From contig CAZNBR010000002.1 in NCBI GenBank assembly GCA_964571315.1, positions 1-57,151 on the forward strand: a DNA stretch of 57,151 bases, in the 5' to 3' direction. The notes under the pieces were generated by a model that saw only the letters and a list, made by a program, of their open reading frames with translations, was not told the origin of the DNA and searched no databases. A program made the translations under genes and the position numbers. Positions 17,301 through 25,384 of the stretch are shown piece by piece. Source of the DNA: an uncultured Syntrophaceae bacterium (lineage in GTDB: Bacteria; Desulfobacterota; Syntrophia; Syntrophales; UBA2210). Numbering within the stretch: the first letter of the stretch is position 1; the number at the start of each line of letters is the position of its first letter.

Positions 17301-17743
17301 TCGGTTCCGGCGATCTGGACCACCTGCCCCGATATCAGGATATCCCCGGACAGAGACAGCGCGGTATTTGTCGCGGTATAGCTGTTGGAGGAGATCTTTT
17401 CCGCCTCGGCAAGGTTATCGACCCTGATATTGTATGTTCCGGCGGACGCCGCGGAACTGGTGGAAACCGTGAGCAGGCTGGAAGCGGCCGTCGTCGTATT
17501 CGTGGTGGTGGAGGAGGTAAAAAGATCAAAGGCCTCCCCTGTGGTCAAGGCGGACGCCGCTGTCTTGAGAGACAGGAGCATGGTGTTCACGCCCTGCCAT
17601 TCGCTCAGCTTGTCCTCATACCCCTGTTTCTGGTCCGTGAGAAGATCGACGCGACGGTATTCTATATTCATCAGTTCGTCGACCACGCTTCTCCAGTCAA
17701 AACCGCTTGCAAGACCGCTTACGAGGTTGGTGCTGGCTGGCAT
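14318..17743 (-). CDS. fliD: Flagellar filament cap protein FliD, unusually long (1141 aa)
   Basis: FliD N-terminus GLASGFDWRSVVDELMNIEYRRVDLLTDQKQGYEDKLSEWQ. FliD_C-like core ARVTVDGAVITKDSNTITDII...LFGDGTLRSVKAEL...IGISLDDSVNMTIDDDDLTEAL. Terminal coiled coil NYEDRIEDMEAMLARKMETMINRFVAMELAMSQLQSQSNWLSGQI. It also carries several flagellin 'IN'-type motifs and three ~70-aa internal repeats. Confidence 0.9.
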   Translation of the reverse strand: MPASTNLVSGLASGFDWRSVVDELMNIEYRRVDLLTDQKQGYEDKLSEWQGVNTMLLSLKTAASALTTGEAFDLFTSSTTTNTTTAASSLLTVSTSSAASAGTYNIRVDNLAEAEKISSNSYTATNTALSLSGDILISGQVVQIAGTDTLANIKGKINALNTGNDPSRVTATIVTHSSTDYHLVLTSDETGDEGIDIREGSSDGILRAMGFIGAGTETATPTSDGAKSALFSNSSTAVGTLLELTGAPGNTTVQIGGEDLVINLASQSITTIAQNIDAMAGISASVVSETVSGETKYRIDISGTTSFSDTGNVLQILGIEKGTYESIAEVHAGSALYSMKTGEAGDPVSAATIFSEIFTGILRGDVENHEISAQGGDHVSGSTQWNWIDTGGDASDFDNDETITVSGKDHDGVAVSDTYSLAGKGGETLSVFLAWVEDLYGDSTTVDASFDSTGRLIVEDLQSGSSQMSVIVTPNNTALKFNTVTDSAFGNNISNNDTISISGTRGDGTTVSTLTYTIARTDTIQELLDKINNVTDGFGKTGTQTATATVSGGKIIITDGTAGDSRLALTLIANNEGNGTLNFGDISVTTEGREMQLVAGEDARVTVDGAVITKDSNTITDIIEGATLNLVGASDTTTVTLKVARDLASVKSKIQGMAGAYNTVMGYINTQFSYDEDEEEKGGALFGDGTLRSVKAELISTVTQIITGLSSDYNRLPLIGISLDDSVNMTIDDDDLTEALETNFDYVKKLFTAYGSAPSALFQYVGHTDDTEGGSYAVNITTAGTQTTVTGGTALAGTIGGGVTLTITDFATGRQAEDVDVAGMDIDDVVNALNSEFANEITEQIQGDTDTGFTASTLWSAVGGADNGDSITFSGMKRSGVTVSGNYAVNTTATLGDLLDSIEDLFDNEITAGLDDSNRLVITEKQVGDSQISFNIDTSAVSGLDFGTLTTTEGRYAMDITASKTVDNRLVLTHTAYGTGHIITAGSSGGDPLGLNGTASTKVWGVNVAGTINGEAAAGSGQLLTLASTSGNNAAGLSVMYTGTESANTTFTLTLGIAELLNRQLGFITDTSDGYVTFKQTSLKNSIDNYEDRIEDMEAMLARKMETMINRFVAMELAMSQLQSQSNWLSGQISASFSAWS

Positions 17744-17792
17744 ACATCTTCTCCTTCACCCGGGTAGGCAATTTATGACCTGTTCACTGATA

Positions 17793-17820
17793 GTATCGGA
17801 AAATATTGCCCGAAACTTTA
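17793..17820 (-). promoter_or_regulatory. Sigma28 promoter-like element upstream of fliD
   Basis: Minus strand reads TAAAGTTT-cgggcaatattt-TCCGATAC (N12), about 50 nt upstream of the fliD ATG. The -10 variant and spacing match the fliC element. Confidence 0.55.
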
Positions 17821-17946
17821 AGGTCGAGTGATCAGATATTCGCCCTTCTTAAAATAATATGTCAGTAATAACAAAACATTATATGCAACATTTTTCGCCT
17901 GTCTGTTCGGCTTCCCCCCTCTTTCGGAGTCACCATTCATAGGAGT

Positions 17947-17962
17947 AGCAAGATATCTGCCA
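17947..17962 (-). promoter_or_regulatory. Sigma54 promoter-like element upstream of fliD (distal)
   Basis: Minus strand reads TGGCAGATATCTTGCT (TGGCAG-N5-TTGCT), about 205 nt upstream of the fliD ATG. Confidence 0.5.
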
Positions 17963-18089
17963 GACTCCGTGTTCGCTCGGGACCGTCCTCTGGGAGGGCT
18001 GCTTGTGCGGGAAGGGGGTCCCGAGTTCCCGCAGGAGATGGGACGCCGTACCCGACAGCCCATGAACGGAACGTCTCTTGAGAGTAATT

Positions 18090-18122
18090 GGAAAGCCCGT
18101 CCCTTGAGGGGGCGGGCTTTCC
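18090..18122 (-). terminator. Stem-loop terminator candidate after the flagellin gene
   Basis: GGAAAGCCCG...CGGGCTTTCC gives a 10-bp perfect stem, extendable by a CCC/GGG pairing with a short loop. It begins 36 nt after the fliC stop. The trailing sequence is not U-rich. Confidence 0.55.
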
Positions 18123-18157
18123 GGTTAGAAGTTTCTCTGAGCCTTCAGATCATCATA

Positions 18158-19606
18158 CTATCCGAACAGCGACAGTATCATCTGAGGCGCCATGTTGGCC
18201 TGGGCAAGCATCGCCGTACCCGCCTGCATGAGGATCTGGCTCTTGGTAAAGGATGTCATCTCCGACGCCATATCCACGTCACGGATGAGTGATTCGGCAG
18301 CCTGCGAGTTTTCAATCGTTGCCGCGAGGTTCGCAGCCGCATAGCCCAGCCTGTTCATGTAGGCGCCGATATCACCCCGCCTGTCGGACAGCGTGCTGAC
18401 GGCGCTGTTGATCGTCGTGAGCATAGTCTGTGCCTCAGCCGTGGTATCAAGCTGATCCATGACGAGACTCAGGCCCGATGTCCCTGACGTGGTGTCGCCG
18501 ATGGTGATGGAGATTCGGTTGTTCGTGTCATTTTCGGCACCGATCTGAAAGGTCGAACCGGAAGAACCGGAACTGCTCACCGTGATGGTCATGGCCTCGA
18601 GATCATCTTCATCATACCCTTCGGTAGCCCCGCTCAGGTAGAAAGAGATGCCCAGCTTGCTGAAGGTATGAGTAGAGTTGGCAACATAGGAGATTTCTTC
18701 CGTAATTGTGCCGTCACCGAGGACAAGCTTGTTGTCAGCCGTTGAAGCGAAAGTGTAAACGCCGGTGTTAGCTCCCGCCGCCTCCAGAGAAGAGAGCCCG
18801 GTACGTTTGAATGTCACACTGGAACTGAATGTCCCCGCCGCACCGGTGAGCGCCTCTAATCCTGCCAGAGAACCGGTAATTGTCAGAGTAACGCCAAGGT
18901 TCGCGAAGGCGATGGCGGTGTTGGCGGCAGTAAAATCTCCGGTAAAAGCTTCCACGACGGTTGCAGTGGAATATGTCGTTGCATTCTGGAGGTACAACGT
19001 ATCGGCAGCCGAATTAGTACCAAGGAACCATTCTTGTTCCTCTACACCGCTGCCCAGTGCCACGACAACAGCAGAAGACAAAGCGGCAACCCCATTCCCG
19101 CTCATGATATATGCGTCATTCGTGGTTCCAATCATCCCATCTTCGGATCCGACTCCCACTGCTCCTGTTTTCGAAGCGCCGAACGATCCGTCAAGCAGGT
19201 TCGTGCTTCCGTACTTGGTGGAGTTTGCGATTCGGTCGATTTCCGAGATGAGCGCGTTTCCTTCCGCGTTGATCTTTGCCCGCTCGGTGGACCCGACGTT
19301 TGCAGAGGCGGCCTGGGTGGCCAGCTCTTTGAGACGGGTGAGCATGTTTTCGATCTGCTCCATACCACCTTCAGCGACCTGCAGAAGGGCATTCGCCTCC
19401 GATGAATTTCGTGAGGCAACGTTAAAACTCGCTATATTCGCCCTGAAGTTTGACGAAATAGCCAGCCCGGCGGCATCATCCGCCGCCCTGTTGATCCGGT
19501 AACCGGATGAGAGCCGCTCAAGTGATTTGCTGAGCTGTATGTCATTGGTACTCAGCCAGCGATGTGCGTTCATCGCTGCAAGATTATTCTGAATTCTGAA
19601 ACCCAT
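18158..19606 (-). CDS. fliC: Flagellin
   Basis: 482 aa. Conserved N-terminus MGFRIQNNLAAMNAHRWLSTN...LERLSSGYRINRAADDAAGLAIS and C-terminus GAYMNRLGYAAANLAATIENSQAAESLIRDVDMASEMTSFTKSQILMQAGTAMLAQAN. The variable centre is Ser/Thr/Gly-rich. Confidence 0.95.
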   Translation of the reverse strand: MGFRIQNNLAAMNAHRWLSTNDIQLSKSLERLSSGYRINRAADDAAGLAISSNFRANIASFNVASRNSSEANALLQVAEGGMEQIENMLTRLKELATQAASANVGSTERAKINAEGNALISEIDRIANSTKYGSTNLLDGSFGASKTGAVGVGSEDGMIGTTNDAYIMSGNGVAALSSAVVVALGSGVEEQEWFLGTNSAADTLYLQNATTYSTATVVEAFTGDFTAANTAIAFANLGVTLTITGSLAGLEALTGAAGTFSSSVTFKRTGLSSLEAAGANTGVYTFASTADNKLVLGDGTITEEISYVANSTHTFSKLGISFYLSGATEGYDEDDLEAMTITVSSSGSSGSTFQIGAENDTNNRISITIGDTTSGTSGLSLVMDQLDTTAEAQTMLTTINSAVSTLSDRRGDIGAYMNRLGYAAANLAATIENSQAAESLIRDVDMASEMTSFTKSQILMQAGTAMLAQANMAPQMILSLFG

Positions 19607-19790
19607 GATTCAATCCTCCTTGATTTTTCGTTTTGAGCTTCCAGCTATCAGCTTTCAGCTTCTTTTGGCATCCTTGCCGTCTGATCAAAGTGCGGACAGC
19701 CCGTCAGGGACCGTCCGTTACGCCTATCCCTTGTTCGTATCGTCCCTCCTTTCTTTACAGATTGATGAGTATCGTTTACCTCTGGTGGGG

Positions 19791-19818
19791 TTATCGGAAG
19801 AAAGGGGAACAAACTTTA
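19791..19818 (-). promoter_or_regulatory. Sigma28 promoter-like element upstream of flagellin
   Basis: Minus strand reads TAAAGTTT-gttcccctttct-TCCGATAA (N12), about 185 nt upstream of the fliC ATG. Confidence 0.55.
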
Positions 19819-19926
19819 GGGATTATTTGACATGCACGGTTGACGAACCGGCAACCCCGAAGATTCGGGACGGGAACCCTTTTCGGTACACCCGCAACGG
19901 CACAGGATTTCTGAGCGGTTGGACCG

Positions 19927-21258
19927 TTACGAATCCGTCAGGGTTAGGTTTTCATGCTGGCCGATCTGTTCGAGGTGCTTCTTTGCGGCAGGATCATCTG
20001 GTTTGATGGTCAGGACCTTTCGGAAAAACTGCGTCGCACTCTGTATGTCTTTGAACGTGAGACATATTTCCCCGAGCAGGTTATAAGCGGCAGCCGGATT
20101 GCTCCCGGCTTTAATTTCCCGCTCAAGGGCATGTACGGCATCATCATACTGTTGAGTATTCAGAAAAACAACGGCTCGGCAAAGGTGAATATCCTGATAG
20201 TCCGGCTGGATCTCGAGAACGCGATCGAAGGTATCGAGTGCTTCTTTCCAATGCCCCGCGGCGCTAAAGGCCCGGCCGAGGAGAAAAAAGACAGCCGGAT
20301 GACGGACACCCTTCTCAACACCTCGGCTGATCAGTTGGATTGCCTGTCCAACCTTATTTTCGTCAAGGTAGATCCGGCCCAGGTTGTGGCAGGCCCCGAC
20401 ATGATCCGGCATCCTCCCCAGGACCCACTCGTAGTCACGCTGCGCCTCCCCGGGGCGGTCCAGCCGGTCCAGGGCCTGTCCCCGGTTGAAGCGGAGCTCG
20501 ACCAGATCCGGAAATCTGGCAACACCTTCGGCCAGAACATCGAGGGCTTTATGCGGCATTCCCGATTCCAGATACTGATCCGTCAACCCCTTGTAGGCCG
20601 AAGGATTATCAGGTTGCTGCCGGAGTTTCTCTTCTCCCAGATTCAAATAGATTTCGGCCTTTCGTGAGAGGCAATTATTTATTACCTTCCCATAATGATG
20701 GATGGGAATTTGGGTATCCACAAACGATAACCCGAGCTTCCGGAAAGATGCATTCACTGTTTCGTGAACCGTTCCGGTAAAACAGATCTGTTTTTTATTT
20801 CGAAAGAGTCTGATCAGCCGGACGGGAATGAAACCGAGAAAGCCTCGCCCTTCTTCATAATCACCGGGGTTAAGGGTCAAATTAGCGAGAGCCGGGTTGT
20901 TTTCATAATTTCTCAGAATGAAACGGTAGCCGTCCGCTTTGGGATCACGAACAAGCTCTCTGATCTTTTCTATGTCCTGCCTGGCAACGACCTCGTCGGC
21001 ATCCATAATAAGAATCCAGTCGCCGCGGGCATATTCGACGGCCTGGTTGCGGTGTGTGCTGAAGTCATCTTCCCAGGGATGCGTATATACGCCGGCCCCG
21101 AATCCCCTGGCGATGTGAACGGTCCCGTCCGTGGAACCCGTATCGACCACGATCATCTCATCGACCAGCCCCTGCACGCTGGCAAGGCACCGACCCAGGA
21201 CGGCCTCCTCATCTCTGACGATCATGCACAGTGATATCTGCGGTCTTTCAGCGGACAT
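19927..21258 (-). CDS. GT2-family glycosyltransferase fused to C-terminal TPR repeats
   Basis: ISLCMIVRDEEAVLGRCLASVQGLVDEMIVVDTGSTDGTVHIA...WILIMDADE (GT-A fold with DxD), then TPR repeats (GQALDRLDRPGEAQRDYEWVL, GRAFSAAGHWKEALDTF...). ATG 21258 (MSAERPQ) is preferred and overlaps the upstream stop. Confidence 0.85.
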   Translation of the reverse strand: MSAERPQISLCMIVRDEEAVLGRCLASVQGLVDEMIVVDTGSTDGTVHIARGFGAGVYTHPWEDDFSTHRNQAVEYARGDWILIMDADEVVARQDIEKIRELVRDPKADGYRFILRNYENNPALANLTLNPGDYEEGRGFLGFIPVRLIRLFRNKKQICFTGTVHETVNASFRKLGLSFVDTQIPIHHYGKVINNCLSRKAEIYLNLGEEKLRQQPDNPSAYKGLTDQYLESGMPHKALDVLAEGVARFPDLVELRFNRGQALDRLDRPGEAQRDYEWVLGRMPDHVGACHNLGRIYLDENKVGQAIQLISRGVEKGVRHPAVFFLLGRAFSAAGHWKEALDTFDRVLEIQPDYQDIHLCRAVVFLNTQQYDDAVHALEREIKAGSNPAAAYNLLGEICLTFKDIQSATQFFRKVLTIKPDDPAAKKHLEQIGQHENLTLTDS

Positions 21259-22795
21259 CTTCGCACCGACCTCCTGAAGTGTGCCTTGCAGATAATGAGC
21301 CCTCCAGCAACGGTTTAAACCCGTACTCGATGGCATCCATCAGGGTCACCGTATCCCTGCTCTTGAGGGCCTCCAGGCATCCCTGGAGAAGCCCCGGGAT
21401 TGTTTCGATGCCATCCCGGCCCTCCGTCAGGGTGCCCCTCAGGGCCAGCCACTGACCCAGATAGTCCGAGAAACACAAAAACCCCCTCTCACACTCCCCC
21501 TCCAGAAAGGCCCGGATGATCTCATCTCCTTTTTCGAGCAAAATCCACGGGAGGTATCTTTTTTCATCCACATCCACCTTGAATCGATCTCGCCGCGGCA
21601 GGGAATCTTTTAGGTTTTCAGGATAGAGCAGGACTTGTTCCCCCTCTGCGTCGCGGGAAGTCACAAAAAGCTTCACGGCTGCGGCGGCGTACTCCCAGTT
21701 GATGGGTTTGTTTTTCTGAAATGCCTCAAACGCCTCGAATGCCCTCATAACCACCGATGGACCCATCATCTCCTTGCATTCGTGGCCCCTTTCGCAATGC
21801 TCCAGATCGGAGCAGGGGGCGCAGGGGACGTCGGAATACAGGACGAAATGTCCGGGGCCATAAGGGCCCGTCTCCCAGGGATATGCGGTGCCGAAAAAGA
21901 GGGACAGGACCGGAGTACCCACCGCCGCCGCCATATGCATGGGGCCGGTGTCCCCCGTAATGAGAAGTTCACACCTCTCAAGGACGGCCCCTGTCACCTT
22001 AAGCGATGTTTTTCCTATCAGGTTTATGAGATTATTCCCTTCTCCAACGAGTTCTTGCTCTACACGTGTAAACAACTCCCTTTCATCTTCGCTTCCGATG
22101 AGAATTACTTTTTTTTGTTTCTCATTGATGAGCCAGTTGATGACTTCCGTAAAATTATGTTCTCCCCATTGCCGGAAGGATTTGGCCGCCCCTATCTGAA
22201 TCCCGACAAGGGCTCTTTCATTCTCAGTTTCAGTATTACAAATAAGCCTTCCTGCTTCCTTTCGGGCCCCGTGACCGGTATGAAAGTGCATCTGCCTGTG
22301 ATTTCCGGAAGGTACTCCCGCAATTCGGCAGGCCCAGTCAACAAGGTTATATCTGTTTGCTTTTCGATCCCCTTTGATCGCAGCAAAGAGATCTTTCGAT
22401 GGTTGATCCTCAAAATAAAAGCCCTTTTCCGATGAATATGTCCCGCCGACTATCTTCTCGGCTCCGATAAGATAGGCAAAAACAGCTCCCCATTCGTACT
22501 GCCGGTTGATGATAAGGTCGAAGTCTTTTTGCCTCAGCTCGCAAAGGAGGTCGTAAAGTTCATTGAATATCGATGCATATCTATCCGGCTTATTTTTCAA
22601 CACATATCGATATTCCTTTTCCGGGATCGAAATGATGGCATCGACATCAGGGTTCCCCTCGATCAGCGGAGCAAACTCCTCTCCCGTCAGAAAGTAAACC
22701 CTGCTTTCCGGATATGCCTCCCTCAGCCCCCTGAACATGGGGGTCAACTGAAGGATATCACCTAATCTGTGGGTTCGGATGACCAGTATATTCAT
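21248..22795 (-). CDS. GT9 (heptosyltransferase-like) glycosyltransferase with a ~170-aa C-terminal extension
   Basis: MNILVIRTHRLGDILQLTPMFRGLREAYPESRVYFLTGEEF (GT9 N-terminal signature). LITGDTGPMHMAAAVGTPVLSLFG (nucleotide-sugar binding). Cys cluster CAPCSDLEHCERGHEC. The tail has no recognised domain. Confidence 0.85.
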   Translation of the reverse strand: MNILVIRTHRLGDILQLTPMFRGLREAYPESRVYFLTGEEFAPLIEGNPDVDAIISIPEKEYRYVLKNKPDRYASIFNELYDLLCELRQKDFDLIINRQYEWGAVFAYLIGAEKIVGGTYSSEKGFYFEDQPSKDLFAAIKGDRKANRYNLVDWACRIAGVPSGNHRQMHFHTGHGARKEAGRLICNTETENERALVGIQIGAAKSFRQWGEHNFTEVINWLINEKQKKVILIGSEDERELFTRVEQELVGEGNNLINLIGKTSLKVTGAVLERCELLITGDTGPMHMAAAVGTPVLSLFFGTAYPWETGPYGPGHFVLYSDVPCAPCSDLEHCERGHECKEMMGPSVVMRAFEAFEAFQKNKPINWEYAAAAVKLFVTSRDAEGEQVLLYPENLKDSLPRRDRFKVDVDEKRYLPWILLEKGDEIIRAFLEGECERGFLCFSDYLGQWLALRGTLTEGRDGIETIPGLLQGCLEALKSRDTVTLMDAIEYGFKPLLEGSLSARHTSGGRCEDVR

Positions 22796-22808
22796 GCCGT
22801 TTCAAGCC

Positions 22809-23435
22809 TCACTGTATCATTTCCGAAAGCAATTTCCGGATGCCCTGGCTGAAAATCGGGGCTTTCCGCAGACGGCGCTCGAAGATGTGTTCCTCTAACA
22901 TGCCCCGGATCGGTTGATAATAATCCGGATGCAGATCAGTTGCCGGGGAATATACCCGATACCGCAGGGTGCCCGGATGCAGATGATTGAAAAATTCTTT
23001 GATTGGTTCCGGATTTTCTTGGACAAACCATTGAGTTCGTGGATCTTCTAAGACGGGTTTCAGGGCAACTGATCGCAGGGCACGTTGAAACAGCCCTAAA
23101 TCCGCCTCAATAATTATCAGAAGACCTCTGTACTTTTGCTTTTTTAAGGCAAGCGTATGATAACCGAGGCCAAATCCAAGAACGGTCAGAATTTCAGTTC
23201 CCTGGGGGATGAGTCTCGCCCATTGCCTGGCTTCCTTTTCCGGATTATGACGACTGTGAACATATCTCACAAGCCCTTCTCCCAAAATCTTCCTTGCCGT
23301 CACCTGTCCGTTATGAGCGGGGTGGGTCTCCCAGCACTGTTGAACCGTATGTCCTTCCAGTCTACCAGCAAGGACAGGATTTCTTTTTCTGAGAATGCTC
23401 AGATTCTTTTCTAAAAGTTCCATTTTGATATTCAA
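22809..23435 (-). CDS. Stand-alone paralog of the Maf N-terminal domain
   Basis: 208 aa. It aligns by eye with residues ~5-150 of the adjacent 636-aa Maf: LEKNLSILRKRNPVLAGRL vs FKNNLTALSEKYPKLAKKI; VLGFGLGYH vs FMGLGLGYH; LLIIIEADLGLFQRAL vs VIIYERDVELFRLAL. It lacks the DUF115 catalytic part. Confidence 0.6.
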   Translation of the reverse strand: MNIKMELLEKNLSILRKRNPVLAGRLEGHTVQQCWETHPAHNGQVTARKILGEGLVRYVHSRHNPEKEARQWARLIPQGTEILTVLGFGLGYHTLALKKQKYRGLLIIIEADLGLFQRALRSVALKPVLEDPRTQWFVQENPEPIKEFFNHLHPGTLRYRVYSPATDLHPDYYQPIRGMLEEHIFERRLRKAPIFSQGIRKLLSEMIQ

Positions 23436-23473
23436 TGTCTGAGTTGGAGAAGGCTATCGTTCATTTTCTTTTC

Positions 23474-25384
23474 CTACATACTTTGCATCTCTTTTTTTAA
23501 CGTCATTTCGGTATCTTGCAGGACATTTCTCGTAAAGACAAGAAAGCTCGCCACAACGGAAAACCATTCTGTCATCTTTCTAACTCGTGCCATGGATAAC
23601 ATGTCCTTATTCGTGTAAATATCTTTGAGAAAGGAAAGCTCACTTGCCAGCCATACGTCATAGGCCTGAAGCGTCTGCCCTGTAATCTCATACAAAGGCC
23701 TATTGTCGTTGACAGTTGCACTCAATTCCAGCCACTTTCTTTCAACAGACAAAAGCCTACTCATATCAACGCTGGAATCCGTTTTGTCTTTTATATAGGG
23801 TTCGATTATCTCTCTATCCACTCCGTGCGCCTCATTCAGGGCCGTCTCAAAACAATCAATTACTGCTTCTACAATTTTACGTGTATCCTGCGTCTTGTGG
23901 TAAATCCTTTTCATCTCATCCTTTGTATTGCTCCGACACACAAAATGATCATAGACCTCGTTAAGGATTGTTCGAGGGTGGAATGGTTCCTGGCAGTACC
24001 TTTCGATTGCTTCTTTGAAGGGCATGATCTCTGCTCCTTTTATCTTTGCTCCTCCTTCGGTTGCATTGATACACGTACCGGGATAAGCGACTATATCCTC
24101 TTCATATATGAGTTTCATAACCTCCCAGAGTTTTTCCGATTTGACAGGCTTACCATAATTTCCTTCGATTTCGATAACGGGCTTTGATAGAATAGTCTCA
24201 TCCCGTTCTCCGAATATGTTTCCTTTAACATGGGTCTCTCCGTCATCCGCGTAAGCCAAGTCCTGACCGATCAGGATTATCGGGTCACACTCAAAGAGCG
24301 TCAGAATCTTGAATGCTAAATTAGCAACAGAAATCCCGACGTTCAATGTACCTTTATCTATTTCCAGCCATTTAAAATAAGGATAATTTCTATAAGCAAT
24401 GAATTTTCGTCCCTTAAAGGCATCGATCACCTCGGGCATAATGACCGGAAGGGCGACAAAGTAAATGTCTTTGAAGTTATCTACGCTGGTATAGAAAAGA
24501 TCGACACCAGGTGTCCTCTCGAGAGAGGTCACTATGTGCGGCCGGATTCCCTTTTGCATCAACGGGCCAAAACTTGCGTCACAACTTATAATCAGGGCTT
24601 TATCTCTCAGCCCTTTCAAGAAATGCATATTTTTGTTCAATGATGGTCCTGCTGCCACCAAGACCCCGGGGGTTTTCTTAAATCGTCCGTACAATTCGTT
24701 AATTCCTGGATTTGAAAAAACATGCTTGAGATTTCCGAACATATTTTCAAGGCCGAGCAGTGAATCGAAGGAATCATTGCCCACCATGATCATAACCTGA
24801 CGGAGAGCCTGCCTGATTGTTTTCATAACCCCTTGGTAATATGAACAATCAAGGACGATGCTCGAGGGTATTGGAACAATCTTAACGGAACGCAGAGCAT
24901 ATATGTCCCGTATAAAGATATCCGTGCGGAGCTTCACGAAACTATCCTCAGGATCTCCCCCTATAAAAAAATGAATGTTTGGATGTCTTAAAAGTTGTGT
25001 ATAATCGCCGGAAAAGAGTGCAAGTCGGAATAATTCCACGTCTCTTTCATAGATGATGACTTCTTCTGCCCCCCACTCGTGGCTGAGCAGTCTCATGAAT
25101 ACATCCAGGTGGTAGCCAAGGCCAAGTCCCATAAAAAAGACAAGAGGGGCATATTTGATCTTCAGCTCTTCCAAGAATTGTTGAGCCGATTGCACAGGAT
25201 CATTTACATCATAGAATAAAACCCGATCTGCTTCCCTTTCTATCAGGACATTGGGATAGCCTGTTTTTGATCTGATCAGCTTATAACTGCCGCTTCCTCT
25301 TGTTTCACCTATTTTCTTTGCCAGTTTGGGGTACTTCTCAGAGAGTGCTGTCAAATTGTTTTTAAAAAACATCTCACTTTTCAT
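23474..25384 (-). CDS. maf: Motility accessory factor (Maf, DUF115/MptE-like): candidate flagellin nonulosonic-acid glycosyltransferase
   Basis: 636 aa. Central VLVAAGPSLNKNMHFLKGLRDKALIISCDASFGPLMQKGIRPHIVTSLER matches the DUF115 core of Maf proteins. It sits in a Pse biosynthesis cluster next to flagellin. Confidence 0.8.
   Translation of the reverse strand: MKSEMFFKNNLTALSEKYPKLAKKIGETRGSGSYKLIRSKTGYPNVLIEREADRVLFYDVNDPVQSAQQFLEELKIKYAPLVFFMGLGLGYHLDVFMRLLSHEWGAEEVIIYERDVELFRLALFSGDYTQLLRHPNIHFFIGGDPEDSFVKLRTDIFIRDIYALRSVKIVPIPSSIVLDCSYYQGVMKTIRQALRQVMIMVGNDSFDSLLGLENMFGNLKHVFSNPGINELYGRFKKTPGVLVAAGPSLNKNMHFLKGLRDKALIISCDASFGPLMQKGIRPHIVTSLERTPGVDLFYTSVDNFKDIYFVALPVIMPEVIDAFKGRKFIAYRNYPYFKWLEIDKGTLNVGISVANLAFKILTLFECDPIILIGQDLAYADDGETHVKGNIFGERDETILSKPVIEIEGNYGKPVKSEKLWEVMKLIYEEDIVAYPGTCINATEGGAKIKGAEIMPFKEAIERYCQEPFHPRTILNEVYDHFVCRSNTKDEMKRIYHKTQDTRKIVEAVIDCFETALNEAHGVDREIIEPYIKDKTDSSVDMSRLLSVERKWLELSATVNDNRPLYEITGQTLQAYDVWLASELSFLKDIYTNKDMLSMARVRKMTEWFSVVASFLVFTRNVLQDTEMTLKKEMQSM

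Noticed and set aside
17818-18063. 81-aa minus-strand ORF between fliC and fliD
   Set aside because: It overlaps the proposed sigma54 and sigma28 promoters of fliD. It has no SD, and its composition is typical of non-coding translation.
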